From TPA_inf: Saccharomyces (taxonomy: Eukaryota), in assembly GCA_000146045.2 (NCBI GenBank), contig BK006945.2:576001-640000 (forward strand): a DNA stretch of 64,000 bases, read 5' to 3'. The position numbers were made by a program, and so were the translations under genes. This document shows, in pieces, positions 1-10,463 of the stretch. How positions within the stretch are numbered: the first letter of the stretch is position 1; each line of letters opens with the position of its first letter. The notes beneath the pieces were generated by a model. That model had not been told where the DNA came from, made no database searches, and worked only from the letters and a program-made list of their open reading frames with translations.

Positions 1-1
1 A

Positions 2-337
2 CAACAAATAGACTCGACTACTGCGTCCTCGAATGGGCAAAGTCAGGGCAATGTACCTACCTCCGCAGTAGCTTCAACAACGAGAACAAGATCACCGGAA
101 CTGCAGGATAATCTAAAGTCTTCTTCTTCGCTTTTACAGGACCAAACCCCTCAGCGTCAGGAAGACGCCACGGATCCAACAACATCATCGACGAATGAAT
201 TATCTGCCGCTGAGCCAACAATGGTCACTTCGACACATGCCACTAAGACAATACAGGCTCAAACACAAGATCCTCCCACGAAGCACAAGAAGTCCAGTTT
301 CTTCACTAAACTGTTCAAGAAAAAAAGCAGCCGTTAG
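2..337 (+). CDS. MSC3: 3'-terminal fragment (111 codons plus stop) of a Ser/Thr/Gln-rich protein. Position immediately upstream of CCC1 suggests MSC3 (YLR219W). The start lies outside the window.
   Basis: Open frame 2 runs from the window edge to TAG at 335–337 and ends ...SSFFTKLFKKKSSR*. The gene assignment is from synteny only; I do not recognise the sequence itself. Confidence 0.55.
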   Translation, partial: QQIDSTTASSNGQSQGNVPTSAVASTTRTRSPELQDNLKSSSSLLQDQTPQRQEDATDPTTSSTNELSAAEPTMVTSTHATKTIQAQTQDPPTKHKKSSFFTKLFKKKSSR

Positions 338-824
338 CAGTTGTTTACTCGAATTTTGCAATCAACCCTAATTTTTGAAGCCTGGTTTTAGATTTATTCT
401 CTTCTTTTTCTTCTTGTGAACTTCAATTACTAATGTAACTTAATTTTTAATATAACTTTTACAGTTTAATAATATTGATTTTTTTCGGTCTGGACCAATC
501 GCGCCGCATTTCTCACTAATATTACTAACATACCCTCTTCTCATTGGCTCGGTACCCCTTTCGTGACCCGCATTTTTTGTTTTCTTTGTTAGCCCGAATG
601 TCTCACAATGAAGATGTAAAATTAAGATTATATATGAAAAATTGATACAAAACAAAATAGTTCAAATAATCAAGTTAAAGCGACATCACTCTCAATTTTT
701 GCTTTTTTTAGGTTTATAGAATAGAAATATAACAGAACGAAGCCTTTAGACTCTTTTTTTTTATTGGTATATTGAACAAAGAAACTTTTTTTTTGTCCTC
801 CCATATCTCGTGCACACAAATATT

Positions 825-1793
825 ATGTCCATTGTAGCACTAAAGAACGCAGTGGTGACCCTTATACAGAAAGCGAAAGGTAGTGGTGGAACCTCAGAGT
901 TGGGGGGGTCTGAATCAACTCCCTTGTTGAGGGGTAGTAATAGCAATAGTTCAAGGCATGATAACTTATCCTCATCTAGCTCGGATATTATCTATGGTAG
1001 AAATTCAGCGCAGGATCTAGAAAACTCACCGATGTCAGTAGGGAAAGATAATAGGAATGGCGATAACGGTTCGGATAACGAAAAGGCGAACCTAGGGTTC
1101 TTCCAATCAGTAGATCCTCGCGTAATTAGCGATTTGATTATCGGGCTAAGCGACGGTTTAACCGTCCCCTTTGCTCTAACAGCTGGTCTATCTTCACTTG
1201 GTGATGCGAAATTGGTCATTACCGGTGGCTTTGCTGAGTTGATCTCAGGTGCGATTTCTATGGGCCTTGGTGGCTATTTGGGAGCGAAGAGTGAATCTGA
1301 TTATTATCATGCTGAAGTAAAGAAGGAGAAAAGGAAATTTTACGATAACTCCAACCTAATTAACAGAGAAATTGAAGACATTCTGTTAGAGATTAACCCT
1401 AATTTCTCGGACGAAACAATCGTTTCGTTCATCAAAGATTTACAAAGAACACCTGAGCTAATGGTTGACTTCATTATCAGGTACGGTAGGGGTCTAGACG
1501 AACCTGCCGAGAATAGAGAACTAATCAGTGCAGTCACTATCGGTGGCGGTTATCTACTTGGTGGGCTAGTACCACTAGTGCCATATTTTTTTGTCTCAGA
1601 TGTGGGCACAGGTCTCATTTATTCTATAATAGTCATGGTTGTAACATTATTCTGGTTTGGTTACGTAAAGACAAAACTATCCATGGGTAGTGGCAGTTCG
1701 ACTTCAAAGAAAGTTACGGAAGGTGTTGAAATGGTTGTTGTGGGTGGTGTAGCAGCAGGTGCGGCTTGGTTCTTTGTTAAGTTACTGGGTTAA
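825..1793 (+). CDS. CCC1: Vacuolar Fe2+/Mn2+ transporter, VIT1/CCC1 family (322 aa)
   Basis: The 327-aa track ORF starts at GTG 810; the first ATG is at 825. The protein has an N-terminal cytosolic tail and then conserved VIT1-family TM helices (DLIIGLSDGLTVPFALTAGLSS...LVITGGFAELISGAISMGLGGYLG). Confidence 0.85.
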   Translation: MSIVALKNAVVTLIQKAKGSGGTSELGGSESTPLLRGSNSNSSRHDNLSSSSSDIIYGRNSAQDLENSPMSVGKDNRNGDNGSDNEKANLGFFQSVDPRVISDLIIGLSDGLTVPFALTAGLSSLGDAKLVITGGFAELISGAISMGLGGYLGAKSESDYYHAEVKKEKRKFYDNSNLINREIEDILLEINPNFSDETIVSFIKDLQRTPELMVDFIIRYGRGLDEPAENRELISAVTIGGGYLLGGLVPLVPYFFVSDVGTGLIYSIIVMVVTLFWFGYVKTKLSMGSGSSTSKKVTEGVEMVVVGGVAAGAAWFFVKLLG

Positions 1794-2361
1794 GTGTAAA
1801 GTAACAACACTATACATATTTATTGTAAAGAAATTTGGGATTGAGAAGCTTTGCTATATACTTGGAACTGGGCTGGATTTTCTCGACATACATTTCTTTT
1901 ACGTTTTAATTTGTTTCTATATTCTCCTCTTTAAATTTATTTATATTAATGAATTTCAAACTAGTTTCTTTTTCTATTGCCAAGAGGCCCATCAGGTGAT
2001 CCATGATAACCTTTATTCGCATTGAATCGTTTTTCATTGGATCTAATTCGTCATTTGGTCGCCGCCTTTCTTTGCTCCTTCTGCTTTTTTCTTTTTCTCT
2101 TTGACTATCAGGTCATAAGATCTTCTCCTCCATTATGCCCAAGTGTTTTTCTTTTTTTTGCCTTTATATAAATTACAAAATACATACATATACTTCTCGT
2201 GCAGTATACTGGAATCAGCTTTATACCATATGAAGCACAACTTGGATCAGGACCGCTCTTCATTAAAAATCGAAGAATTATCTAAATAATTAATGTGCAC
2301 GTCAATATATTCTCCGCGGAAACATGACAAACTTTTAGAAAAAGATTTAAAGCAATATTTT

Positions 2362-3024
2362 TCAGTTCTCCATTTCTTTATTTTTCAAGACCAATTCTAG
2401 TTCACCAATATCAAACATTCCTATGCCTTCCTGCAGAGCATCTGCCAAAATGGATAGTGATTTATTCGTGAAATCCGGGGCAGCTCTAAGACGATTGATA
2501 TCATCACCGTAGTTTTCAAAAAGTAAATTTAAGTATTCTTCCCTTAACTTTGTCTTGTCTTTCCCTTTGGGCACAAAGTTTTCTGCCAATTCATTGTATT
2601 CTTCTCTCGCAAGCTTGATATTTTCGGCAATTTTCGATGCATTCATAAAACCCTCCTTGTTTTGAGATTTCGTAGGCTCTGGGATCTTGCTCAAAGAAAT
2701 TTTGGTTAAATCGTCTATCACTTCTTTTGAATTTAACTTCAAATCCTTGCTTTCTTCGTCTGTAAGCTCGACATCCGAAACTTCTATTGCAATGTCCTCT
2801 TGTTTGTCTTCGTCATTACCTTTTGAGAAAACATGATCACTTTTACCATTTTCTCCAACGTGTTCTTCGATGGCCCCATTTTGGATTTCCTCCTTTTCAC
2901 TTTCTGATGATGGATCCGATGATGAAGAATCTGATGATGAAACATCAGCTGTTCTTCTCTTCTTCCTCCTTCTGTTTTTTTTGACAGACTTGATATTTAT
3001 GGCTGATATATCACCTGCCGACAT
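2362..3024 (-). CDS. RSA3: Ribosome assembly protein 3 (220 aa), acidic/Ser-rich nucleolar protein
   Basis: 220-aa ORF with ATG start. Highly charged Ser/Glu/Lys-rich N-terminus (KKNRRRKKRR NLS-like). Position and length match YLR221C. Confidence 0.75.
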   Translation of the reverse strand: MSAGDISAINIKSVKKNRRRKKRRTADVSSSDSSSSDPSSESEKEEIQNGAIEEHVGENGKSDHVFSKGNDEDKQEDIAIEVSDVELTDEESKDLKLNSKEVIDDLTKISLSKIPEPTKSQNKEGFMNASKIAENIKLAREEYNELAENFVPKGKDKTKLREEYLNLLFENYGDDINRLRAAPDFTNKSLSILADALQEGIGMFDIGELELVLKNKEMEN

Positions 3025-3317
3025 CCTGTATAATATATTATGGCTAGTTCTTTCCGTGCTATTTCAAGTGGGCAGTTTAAATTCTTGTATATATTACTAC
3101 AATATATGAAAGTTTTCGCTCTTCGTTTTTTGCAAATTTTTAGTGATGAGCTCTTCGCGCAAAGAAGTTTTCAATGCCCGTAAAGGCACCTAATTATATA
3201 TCGAATTATTTTAAGCTTTCCGCTTCATCAATGCATTTTGTCTTTATATATCTAGTTTACAAAATAATATGTTGCTATTGCCTTGCTTTTAAAGGCTCAA
3301 TATCTTGGACTTACTGC

Positions 3318-5771
3318 CTAGAATAGCTTATCCATTTCCACTAGCGCGTAGTCTAATATGTAACTTTGTTCAACTAAGTTATCAACCCTTGTGAAATGCC
3401 TTTGCGTGTATGGAATTATTGCATCAACTATCTTTACCATTCCGGGTATCTCACTCAATTTTGCTATGTTATGATGCATCAAAATACATCTTATTGTTCT
3501 TTGCGCTATGGTATGTGTTTTTGCATTTGTATTCCAATCTCTGCATCGTTTCATTAACAAAATTAACTGTTCATCATTTAGGATAGAGATGGCTTGGTCC
3601 AATTCTTCATTGAAAATGACTTCAATTTTGCCCTCTTCGGTATCTTGTCTAGACCTTGATTCGCCCAAAGCTCTTTTCAAAACATTAAACAACCTCATTG
3701 GGTGATCTAAAGTCATTGCTAACAAAAATGCATTTGTCCAATCACCTTTGCTCATATAATTTTGAAGCGATTGTTCTTGTTCGACTTGTAATTTAGCTTT
3801 TTCTTGTTCTTCTTCTATTTCTTGTTCCGTACAATCTTTCCAAAACTGAAAAACACCATCTGCATCAGCACTTACGATCATATCACCATCATTCATAGTA
3901 CTTAAAGCCCATAATCTATTATTATGACCATCCAAAGTCTTCAGACATTCACCGCTAGAACAATCCCATATTTTGATCAAGCCATCAGCACCACAACTGA
4001 TCAGTTGTTTTTGCTTATTAATAAACGAACATCTTTGAACCGCATTGGTATGACCTTCCAATGTTTTCATAACGCTGAATGTATCCAATGACCATATCTT
4101 GACTGTTTTATCACCTGAAGAAGTTGCCAATAATTTATCATATTGGCAAAATGATACATCCCATAGTCCACGCTTGTGGTTGGCCAACGTGGCTTCCAAT
4201 TCACCATTTTCTAGGTTCCAGATCTTACAGGTCTTGTCGTATGATGCTGTTGCAAAAATAGAATCGTTAGGAGAAACTGACAAAGCATTGATATCCTTTT
4301 CATGGGCATGACGAGTATATTCGGATACCTTGATGATTTGAACATCCATACTAGCAGTTGGCTTTGGAATTATCCATTTCTTAATTGTTAAATCATTCGA
4401 TGCTGTCAATAAAAATTCAGGATATCCCTTTGAAACTATATTTGGCAATCCAACAGCAGTTACGGCAGCTGAATGACCAATATACTTGGCATAAATATCA
4501 AACTTGCAGCTGTTCTCATTGTATCTCCAAACAATAGCCGTATTATCTTTAGAGGCGGTTGCGATCCACAGGCCATCCTCAGTAGCATCCAATGAATTTA
4601 GCAAATCTTCATGACCTTCATAAATTTCGACATCCAAAGGCAGCGAAGCTTCTGGGCCTGATAAATCGGGGACGGGTATTATCCTAAGCGATGGAGAATT
4701 GGTAGCTAAAGCTAATTTATTCAGCTCTGGGCCAACATACCTCATGTCAGCAATAATACCATGATTACCAGCAATGCTCGAAGTGACCTGTATTGTGTCT
4801 TCATCATTCTTTAAGTCTTCTTCAACGTTAATTAGTTGTAATGTCTGGTCAGACAATACTAAAAACATCTGTGAATTGCTCAATATTGGAAGTACACCAA
4901 TAATGAATAACTCTTCTATAGGTTTATTGGTTCTTTTAAGCACGCTACCAGATTCAGAGTCAATTAACTGAAAGATAGCATCACCGCCGGCTGTATAAAT
5001 TATGCGTTTACCGTCACCATCCTTTAGGAATCCGCATGACTCTACCTGTTGATTTACTGGAAGTGTTTTCAACAATTTACATTTCTTTTTCATATTGAAA
5101 TCCCAGAGATTGATGATATCGTCTCTACCACCGGAAAGTAAATTTAGGCTTGGCTCATCATTATCTGGTACCTCAATGATATCCAACCCTCTCACAGCAG
5201 ATGTGTGCTCTTGTAATGTGTGCAAGCACTTCCTTTTAACAAGATCCCAAACCTTTACCATACCATTGGTGTCACCGGATGCTAATAACCATATTTTACT
5301 ATTCAATTGTCCATAAAACTTCAAACTGGAAATTGTACCACCATGACCTTTGAACGAATGAGTAATGTAACCATTTTCAATATCCACAACAATTATACTA
5401 CCATCTGTCCCTCCGACTGCGAGAAGCGTTGAAGTGGAATCTGCGTCGAGAATGTACGATGGAGAAGAGATTTTCATTGATCTGACAACTTTCCCGGTCT
5501 TAAGGTGAAAGATTTTTAAAAGCTGAGCTTGTGAAACATACGTGAGATATTGACCATCAGGAGTTAATTTCAGTGCAGTAATTTCTTGCTCGTCTTCATT
5601 AGAAATCTTGTGCAAAATTTTTCTGGAGCCTGGGGTTAAATCGATTATGTTGATTTCGTCAAGCACCGGAGTAGCTAGTATTTTACCATTTTCTGAAACA
5701 GTGGCAACAGCACTGCTTCCTGCATAAATAGGGTTTAACGATATACCTTTATATGAGGTTTTCAGATCCAT
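3318..5771 (-). CDS. UTP13: U3 snoRNP / SSU processome component, WD40-repeat protein (817 aa)
   Basis: 817-aa ORF with multiple WD40 repeats (GHxxxV...WD motifs such as GHTNAVQRCSF, KIWD) and a C-terminal Utp13 domain. Synteny with YLR222C. Confidence 0.85.
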   Translation of the reverse strand: MDLKTSYKGISLNPIYAGSSAVATVSENGKILATPVLDEINIIDLTPGSRKILHKISNEDEQEITALKLTPDGQYLTYVSQAQLLKIFHLKTGKVVRSMKISSPSYILDADSTSTLLAVGGTDGSIIVVDIENGYITHSFKGHGGTISSLKFYGQLNSKIWLLASGDTNGMVKVWDLVKRKCLHTLQEHTSAVRGLDIIEVPDNDEPSLNLLSGGRDDIINLWDFNMKKKCKLLKTLPVNQQVESCGFLKDGDGKRIIYTAGGDAIFQLIDSESGSVLKRTNKPIEELFIIGVLPILSNSQMFLVLSDQTLQLINVEEDLKNDEDTIQVTSSIAGNHGIIADMRYVGPELNKLALATNSPSLRIIPVPDLSGPEASLPLDVEIYEGHEDLLNSLDATEDGLWIATASKDNTAIVWRYNENSCKFDIYAKYIGHSAAVTAVGLPNIVSKGYPEFLLTASNDLTIKKWIIPKPTASMDVQIIKVSEYTRHAHEKDINALSVSPNDSIFATASYDKTCKIWNLENGELEATLANHKRGLWDVSFCQYDKLLATSSGDKTVKIWSLDTFSVMKTLEGHTNAVQRCSFINKQKQLISCGADGLIKIWDCSSGECLKTLDGHNNRLWALSTMNDGDMIVSADADGVFQFWKDCTEQEIEEEQEKAKLQVEQEQSLQNYMSKGDWTNAFLLAMTLDHPMRLFNVLKRALGESRSRQDTEEGKIEVIFNEELDQAISILNDEQLILLMKRCRDWNTNAKTHTIAQRTIRCILMHHNIAKLSEIPGMVKIVDAIIPYTQRHFTRVDNLVEQSYILDYALVEMDKLF

Positions 5772-6232
5772 ATTGTACGTAGTATGGCTTACTACCGTTG
5801 AGAGTACTATGTTGTTGGTTCACACCTTTAATGCCATACCGCTATTATATCTGAGAGCGATGAGCTGAATTTTTCAGAAAATTTTCAGTCGCTTTACACG
5901 GATATATTAAGAAGCTCCATCTTAATCGCCAGAAGAGTGGATGAGGTTATCATCTCAACTAGAGTCGAAGAGTAAGGCAATCCATCAAATGGGGTTGCTT
6001 GAGGCTTATTTACTTTTATACGTCTGATTGGACGGATTATACCAGTAAAAAAAATATTGATTGTGTTTTTCTATAAAAATATGCATATATAAGTAAAAAA
6101 ATAACATGTAATTCTTTTCAACCAACGATAAAGCAAAATTCAGAGTAGAATAAGGCAAAGTCACATACTGATGATGATATTGTAAACGAAAGGTGATTTG
6201 ATTGTAGTAACCATAAAAAAATGCAAAATAGC

Positions 6233-9200
6233 TCATTGTAAGACGTCATTGAATTCGAATGAATGGTTAACATCATTGCCCATAATTCCTTCGATATCTG
6301 CCAATGCACTCTCACTAAATAAACCATTTTTAGTGAAACGAAGATTTTCAGCCGCTGCTTCCACCATACTTTGCCTTCTTCTCCACATGGAATTACTATT
6401 TTCATGGCTTAATGTATTGTCGAATTGCACAGGAGCGGTTAACGATGCTAGGATATCGGCGTCAGTATCTTCGATCACATGACCTTCTTGTGCATCATAA
6501 CCGTTAATATCACCTACAGACAGTAAGTCATTTTCATCTTTGCCCAAAATCTCATGAATTTCATCTAAACCAACACTTTTTGTTGAATTTTTCCTTGTAT
6601 TGCTGTCCACGGCAAGATCAGAATTATGAGGTATTAATGACGCATCTTCAGGTGCGTGAGAGGGAAGTTCATTCATAGGGGTATTTTCATTGGTTGTAAA
6701 ATCGGTACCGGTATTTATGTCGCTATGGCTGTTATTGTTACCGATGATCTCATGGCCATTGATTCCCAATTGTAAATTCATAGTTTCTTGCTCCTTTATT
6801 GCCTTTTGTCTTTGCTTTCTTATTTTAAGAAGCTTCTTTTTTTTCTTTAACTGCCTTTTTTTTTCAGTTTTTTTCCGTTGTAGCTCTTTCATCTTATCAA
6901 TCTTCTTTCTTGTTCTTTCATTACCAATATAGCCAATGGGAACTTTTCTGTTAGAATTTGCTGGTATCATGTACTCATCTTCTTCATAGGCATTAATACC
7001 CTTATTTCTAAATGCAGATAATGGAACCTTAGGAACTTCATACCAATCTGCAGCATGGCCATTTGTGCTTTTGCTATTAATTGCATCATTGTAATTGTTC
7101 TCCATATCGTCTGTGTGGGATGGTGAATCATCCTCCAATTCACTCATGTTTAGCAGCTCATTGAGTGTCAATTCGTCACCGTTATTGCCATTAGAGCTTC
7201 CCTCTCTTTTAACATCTGGGGTTTGAGCCCTTTGATGTTGCTCGCGAAGCTGTTGATGTTCTTGGATTAAGGCGTATAATGATTTAGTAGACAGACCATC
7301 AATAATACTAAAAGGTTTGTTGTCCGTCTCCCAAGTACCCAATTTTGGTGGACGTAATCCAACAACATTTGAACTTACGATTTCCTTTGCTTTTGAGCCA
7401 ATGTTTTTTGACCTTGAACTTGGGGGCGGTAGGTTATCATCTTCATCTGTGGATTCGTCATCAACGTACACAACAGTCTCTAAGAGATCATGTTTGCAAT
7501 CTTTGGATCCATCAGAATTTTCTTTGTCTGAGTTAGAACTTATCAAAGAGGAAGATCCATCGCTGTCGTAATGAAAGTAAAAAGAGTCTGGATCTAAATC
7601 ATCGATGTCTATGAACACATTTGTCACGCTGGAATCATCGTCGTCGTCTTCGTAATCGTCGTCCAGTTCTGTGCCAATGTCTAAGCTATCTGAATCTAGT
7701 GCCCTCAATTCTTCATCCGTGTCAGCATCGTGGGACGTTTCAGATTCACTGCATTCATCATCTGAAGGCATATGGGCAACATCCAACAAAATGTTATCAT
7801 ATTCATCGTCAGAAGAATCATATTTCCCGGAATTCAGGACCGTACTATGAGTGGATGGTTCCAGATCATCATTGGATTTTATCAAATTCGAGCCTTTATT
7901 CTTATGTTCAATATGACTTTTGCCCGATTTATGCCTGCCTTTCTTGCTCTTATGGCCACTATTTTCATCATCTGATTGAAAAAAAACATTGAAAATATAC
8001 TCATCATTGTCCACATTGGAGGTTGTTCTCGTACTAGGTTTTTGCGTCTTTTTATAGAGCTTTCGTCTTTGTTTCCTTTCTTCCTGTTCCCGTTTTTTGG
8101 CCTCTTTCTTTTTTAGTTTAGATAGTTTTTCATCATTTAGCATTAACGGTAAAGATGTACTCAAGGATAGCTTTGGCTCTGAACCATCGCCATAATAATA
8201 AAGATTTGCAAATTTAGGATCTTCATAAAACGGCATATCAAAATCAGACATTATTTCATCTTCTTCGTCATCTTCTTCATCATATCCGTTTTCTTGATTG
8301 TATTCATTTTGCAAAAATTTATTTTCAGCATCTTCTACAGGATCAGACCCTTCTTCGTGTATACTACCATCGAATGAGAGTTCGTCGTCATTTTGTAGCT
8401 CAGAAACAATGTTTTGTTCTTCTTCTTCCAATATGGGAAGATCGTCTTCCCCCGTTTCAAGATCTGTACCAATTTCTCCATGAGAATCTTCATTGTTAAT
8501 CACGTCAAAGTACGCATCCTGGTCAATATCATATTCAGATTCATCTGACTCTGAAATATTGGGAAATCGTAACTCATCGTTGTTACCTAACATCACCTTA
8601 GAATCCAGTTTATCTTCTTCATTACCATTGTTCTCTTTGTTTTTTAAATCCAAGACTTCTTCACCTATATCCTCGTTATAGCCTTCATTACCATTACCAA
8701 AACTAATGCCGTCGTCCTCTTTTTTGAATTTAAACGATAGCGCCTGTTGTGTAGTAGTAGTGCCTGAACCGTTTACTTCTTTTTTGTTTGATTCTTGTTG
8801 TTTTTGTTGCTCTTCTTTCTCTTTTTCTTTTTCTTCTTTCTGCTCTTCTTCATTTTCTTTCTTAGGGGATAGTTTAACTGATTTATTTTTGTTACTGTTC
8901 TCACGAGAGGAATAGAGTGTATTGCTATTTGTATTCATGGCAGATAAAGCTTTCATGGCTCTTTTCTTTCTTTGGGCCGTCAGTTTGACAAAATCTATAT
9001 TCTCGTCATCAGAACTTGTTTCGCTATCACTATCACTATCACTTCCGTCATCATCATCGTCGTCGTCGTCTTCGTCATCATCTTCTTCTTCTTCTTCACT
9101 CTCTTCTTCTTCATTTTCACTCTCTTCGCCATCTGTTACAGCTTGGTAATCGGATGACTCTGTGCCCTCGTCGTCATTGTCTATTTGCCTTTGTATAAGT

Positions 9201-9490
9201 TTACTTTTTTTTCCTTGGGAATTATTTGAAATGTTCTTTGCTTTTCTTTTAATTTTATGTGGGTTTGTACTTTTGTTTTTATCAGAATCAGATACGTCAC
9301 TCAAGGATGACTCAGAAGAGTATATAAGGCTAAATCTTCTTGGCCTCGTTGTACTCAGTGTGGGTGGTGATTGCCTGGACTTTGTATCGGATTCGCCCTT
9401 TTTTATGAGCCTTTTAATATTTGCTGGCAGTTTACCAGAATGTGTACTATGATTGATCGTACTTTTTCGAGGACTTTTTTTGCCTGCCAT
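6233..9490 (-). CDS. IFH1: Ribosomal-protein gene transcriptional coactivator (Fhl1-interacting), 1085 aa, extremely acidic/Ser-rich
   Basis: 1085-aa ORF with long poly-Asp/Glu tracts (EEEESEEEEEDDDEDDDDDDDDGSDSDSDSE), K/R-rich segments and a conserved FHB-type block. Length and position match YLR223C. Confidence 0.8.
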   Translation of the reverse strand: MAGKKSPRKSTINHSTHSGKLPANIKRLIKKGESDTKSRQSPPTLSTTRPRRFSLIYSSESSLSDVSDSDKNKSTNPHKIKRKAKNISNNSQGKKSKLIQRQIDNDDEGTESSDYQAVTDGEESENEEEESEEEEEDDDEDDDDDDDDGSDSDSDSETSSDDENIDFVKLTAQRKKRAMKALSAMNTNSNTLYSSRENSNKNKSVKLSPKKENEEEQKEEKEKEKEEQQKQQESNKKEVNGSGTTTTQQALSFKFKKEDDGISFGNGNEGYNEDIGEEVLDLKNKENNGNEEDKLDSKVMLGNNDELRFPNISESDESEYDIDQDAYFDVINNEDSHGEIGTDLETGEDDLPILEEEEQNIVSELQNDDELSFDGSIHEEGSDPVEDAENKFLQNEYNQENGYDEEDDEEDEIMSDFDMPFYEDPKFANLYYYGDGSEPKLSLSTSLPLMLNDEKLSKLKKKEAKKREQEERKQRRKLYKKTQKPSTRTTSNVDNDEYIFNVFFQSDDENSGHKSKKGRHKSGKSHIEHKNKGSNLIKSNDDLEPSTHSTVLNSGKYDSSDDEYDNILLDVAHMPSDDECSESETSHDADTDEELRALDSDSLDIGTELDDDYEDDDDDSSVTNVFIDIDDLDPDSFYFHYDSDGSSSLISSNSDKENSDGSKDCKHDLLETVVYVDDESTDEDDNLPPPSSRSKNIGSKAKEIVSSNVVGLRPPKLGTWETDNKPFSIIDGLSTKSLYALIQEHQQLREQHQRAQTPDVKREGSSNGNNGDELTLNELLNMSELEDDSPSHTDDMENNYNDAINSKSTNGHAADWYEVPKVPLSAFRNKGINAYEEDEYMIPANSNRKVPIGYIGNERTRKKIDKMKELQRKKTEKKRQLKKKKKLLKIRKQRQKAIKEQETMNLQLGINGHEIIGNNNSHSDINTGTDFTTNENTPMNELPSHAPEDASLIPHNSDLAVDSNTRKNSTKSVGLDEIHEILGKDENDLLSVGDINGYDAQEGHVIEDTDADILASLTAPVQFDNTLSHENSNSMWRRRQSMVEAAAENLRFTKNGLFSESALADIEGIMGNDVNHSFEFNDVLQ

Positions 9491-9920
9491 TTCGTTCTGT
9501 TTCCAGTTTGCCGGTTGTTTTTTCCTTATTTGTTTATTTGCTTCCTTGTTGAATTTCCTTCAATTTCAACAAGCTTGAAAATGAATTTCGTAGAATGAAT
9601 ATTACTATGTTTGAAATGGTTATTGCTTATGATGCTCACCGAAGTTAAAAAAAATATTATAGGTTTGTCCTATGTTAGAATTGTGGAAAGGGAGGAATGT
9701 AATAAATAAGCAGTAATTAAATATAGCCTTTTGAAGAGTTCCTCCTTTTAATTTCTTGTAGCAAGTGTTTCGAATGTATTCAAATATTACCAATGATTAT
9801 ACAAATACTTACAGCAAGTCAATTAAAGAGCCGTAAAAGCTAAACGTCAAAACGTGTAAAGCACCTATTATCTAGTCTCTTTTCCCTAGTTGTACTTTAA
9901 ATCAATTTAGTGATGAGATG

Positions 9921-9942
9921 AAAAAAAAAAAAAAAAAAAAAA
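9921..9942. promoter_or_regulatory. 22-nt homopolymeric poly(dA:dT) tract in the divergent IFH1/UCC1 intergenic region
   Basis: An uninterrupted run of 22 A is seen directly, about 430 bp upstream of the IFH1 ATG. Such tracts act as nucleosome-excluding promoter elements in yeast (established knowledge). Confidence 0.6.
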
Positions 9943-10463
9943 GAATTCCAACGAAAAAGAAACGACGGGCAGGGCAACCTTTAGAGATTTCAATCCGTAT
10001 AAAGAGATGTAGTAGGCAGTACGGGTAACATCGTCACAATTCATAATGGAACTATCTAGCTTTTGCTTGATTGCAAAGTTCTACACCCGTTGATACTTCA
10101 AACATCTTTGCAATACGTAGGTAGGGGTCGCGTACTAGCAGCCTCCTAGTTAAGTGTATCTTTCAATCGCATTACGGAACAACTAGGCATCCCGAACCCC
10201 ACACGGAAAAATCGGAACAATAACTGAAAATTTCCTTTTTCTTTTTTTTGCTCTTCAAAGTCTCTGCCCCTCTATTGCGTACTCGATTGATTTTTTTATC
10301 AAAGGCCATCTCAGACAAGTAGATCTACATTGGAGTTTCTCATAATATTATCACTATCGGAAGGTAGCATAACCTTTAATAGAGTTTCCGCTGTTTGCTT
10401 GGCTCGTTTTTTTGTTTGTACTATGCCTATTGGCGCAAAGAAGACAGAGTGTGCAAACAAGAG

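Noticed and set aside
8298-9198. Cluster of plus-strand ORFs (61–96 aa) that are Ser/Leu/Phe-rich, antisense to IFH1
   Set aside because: They are a direct consequence of the GAN/TCN triplet repeats encoding the IFH1 acidic tract and are not genes.
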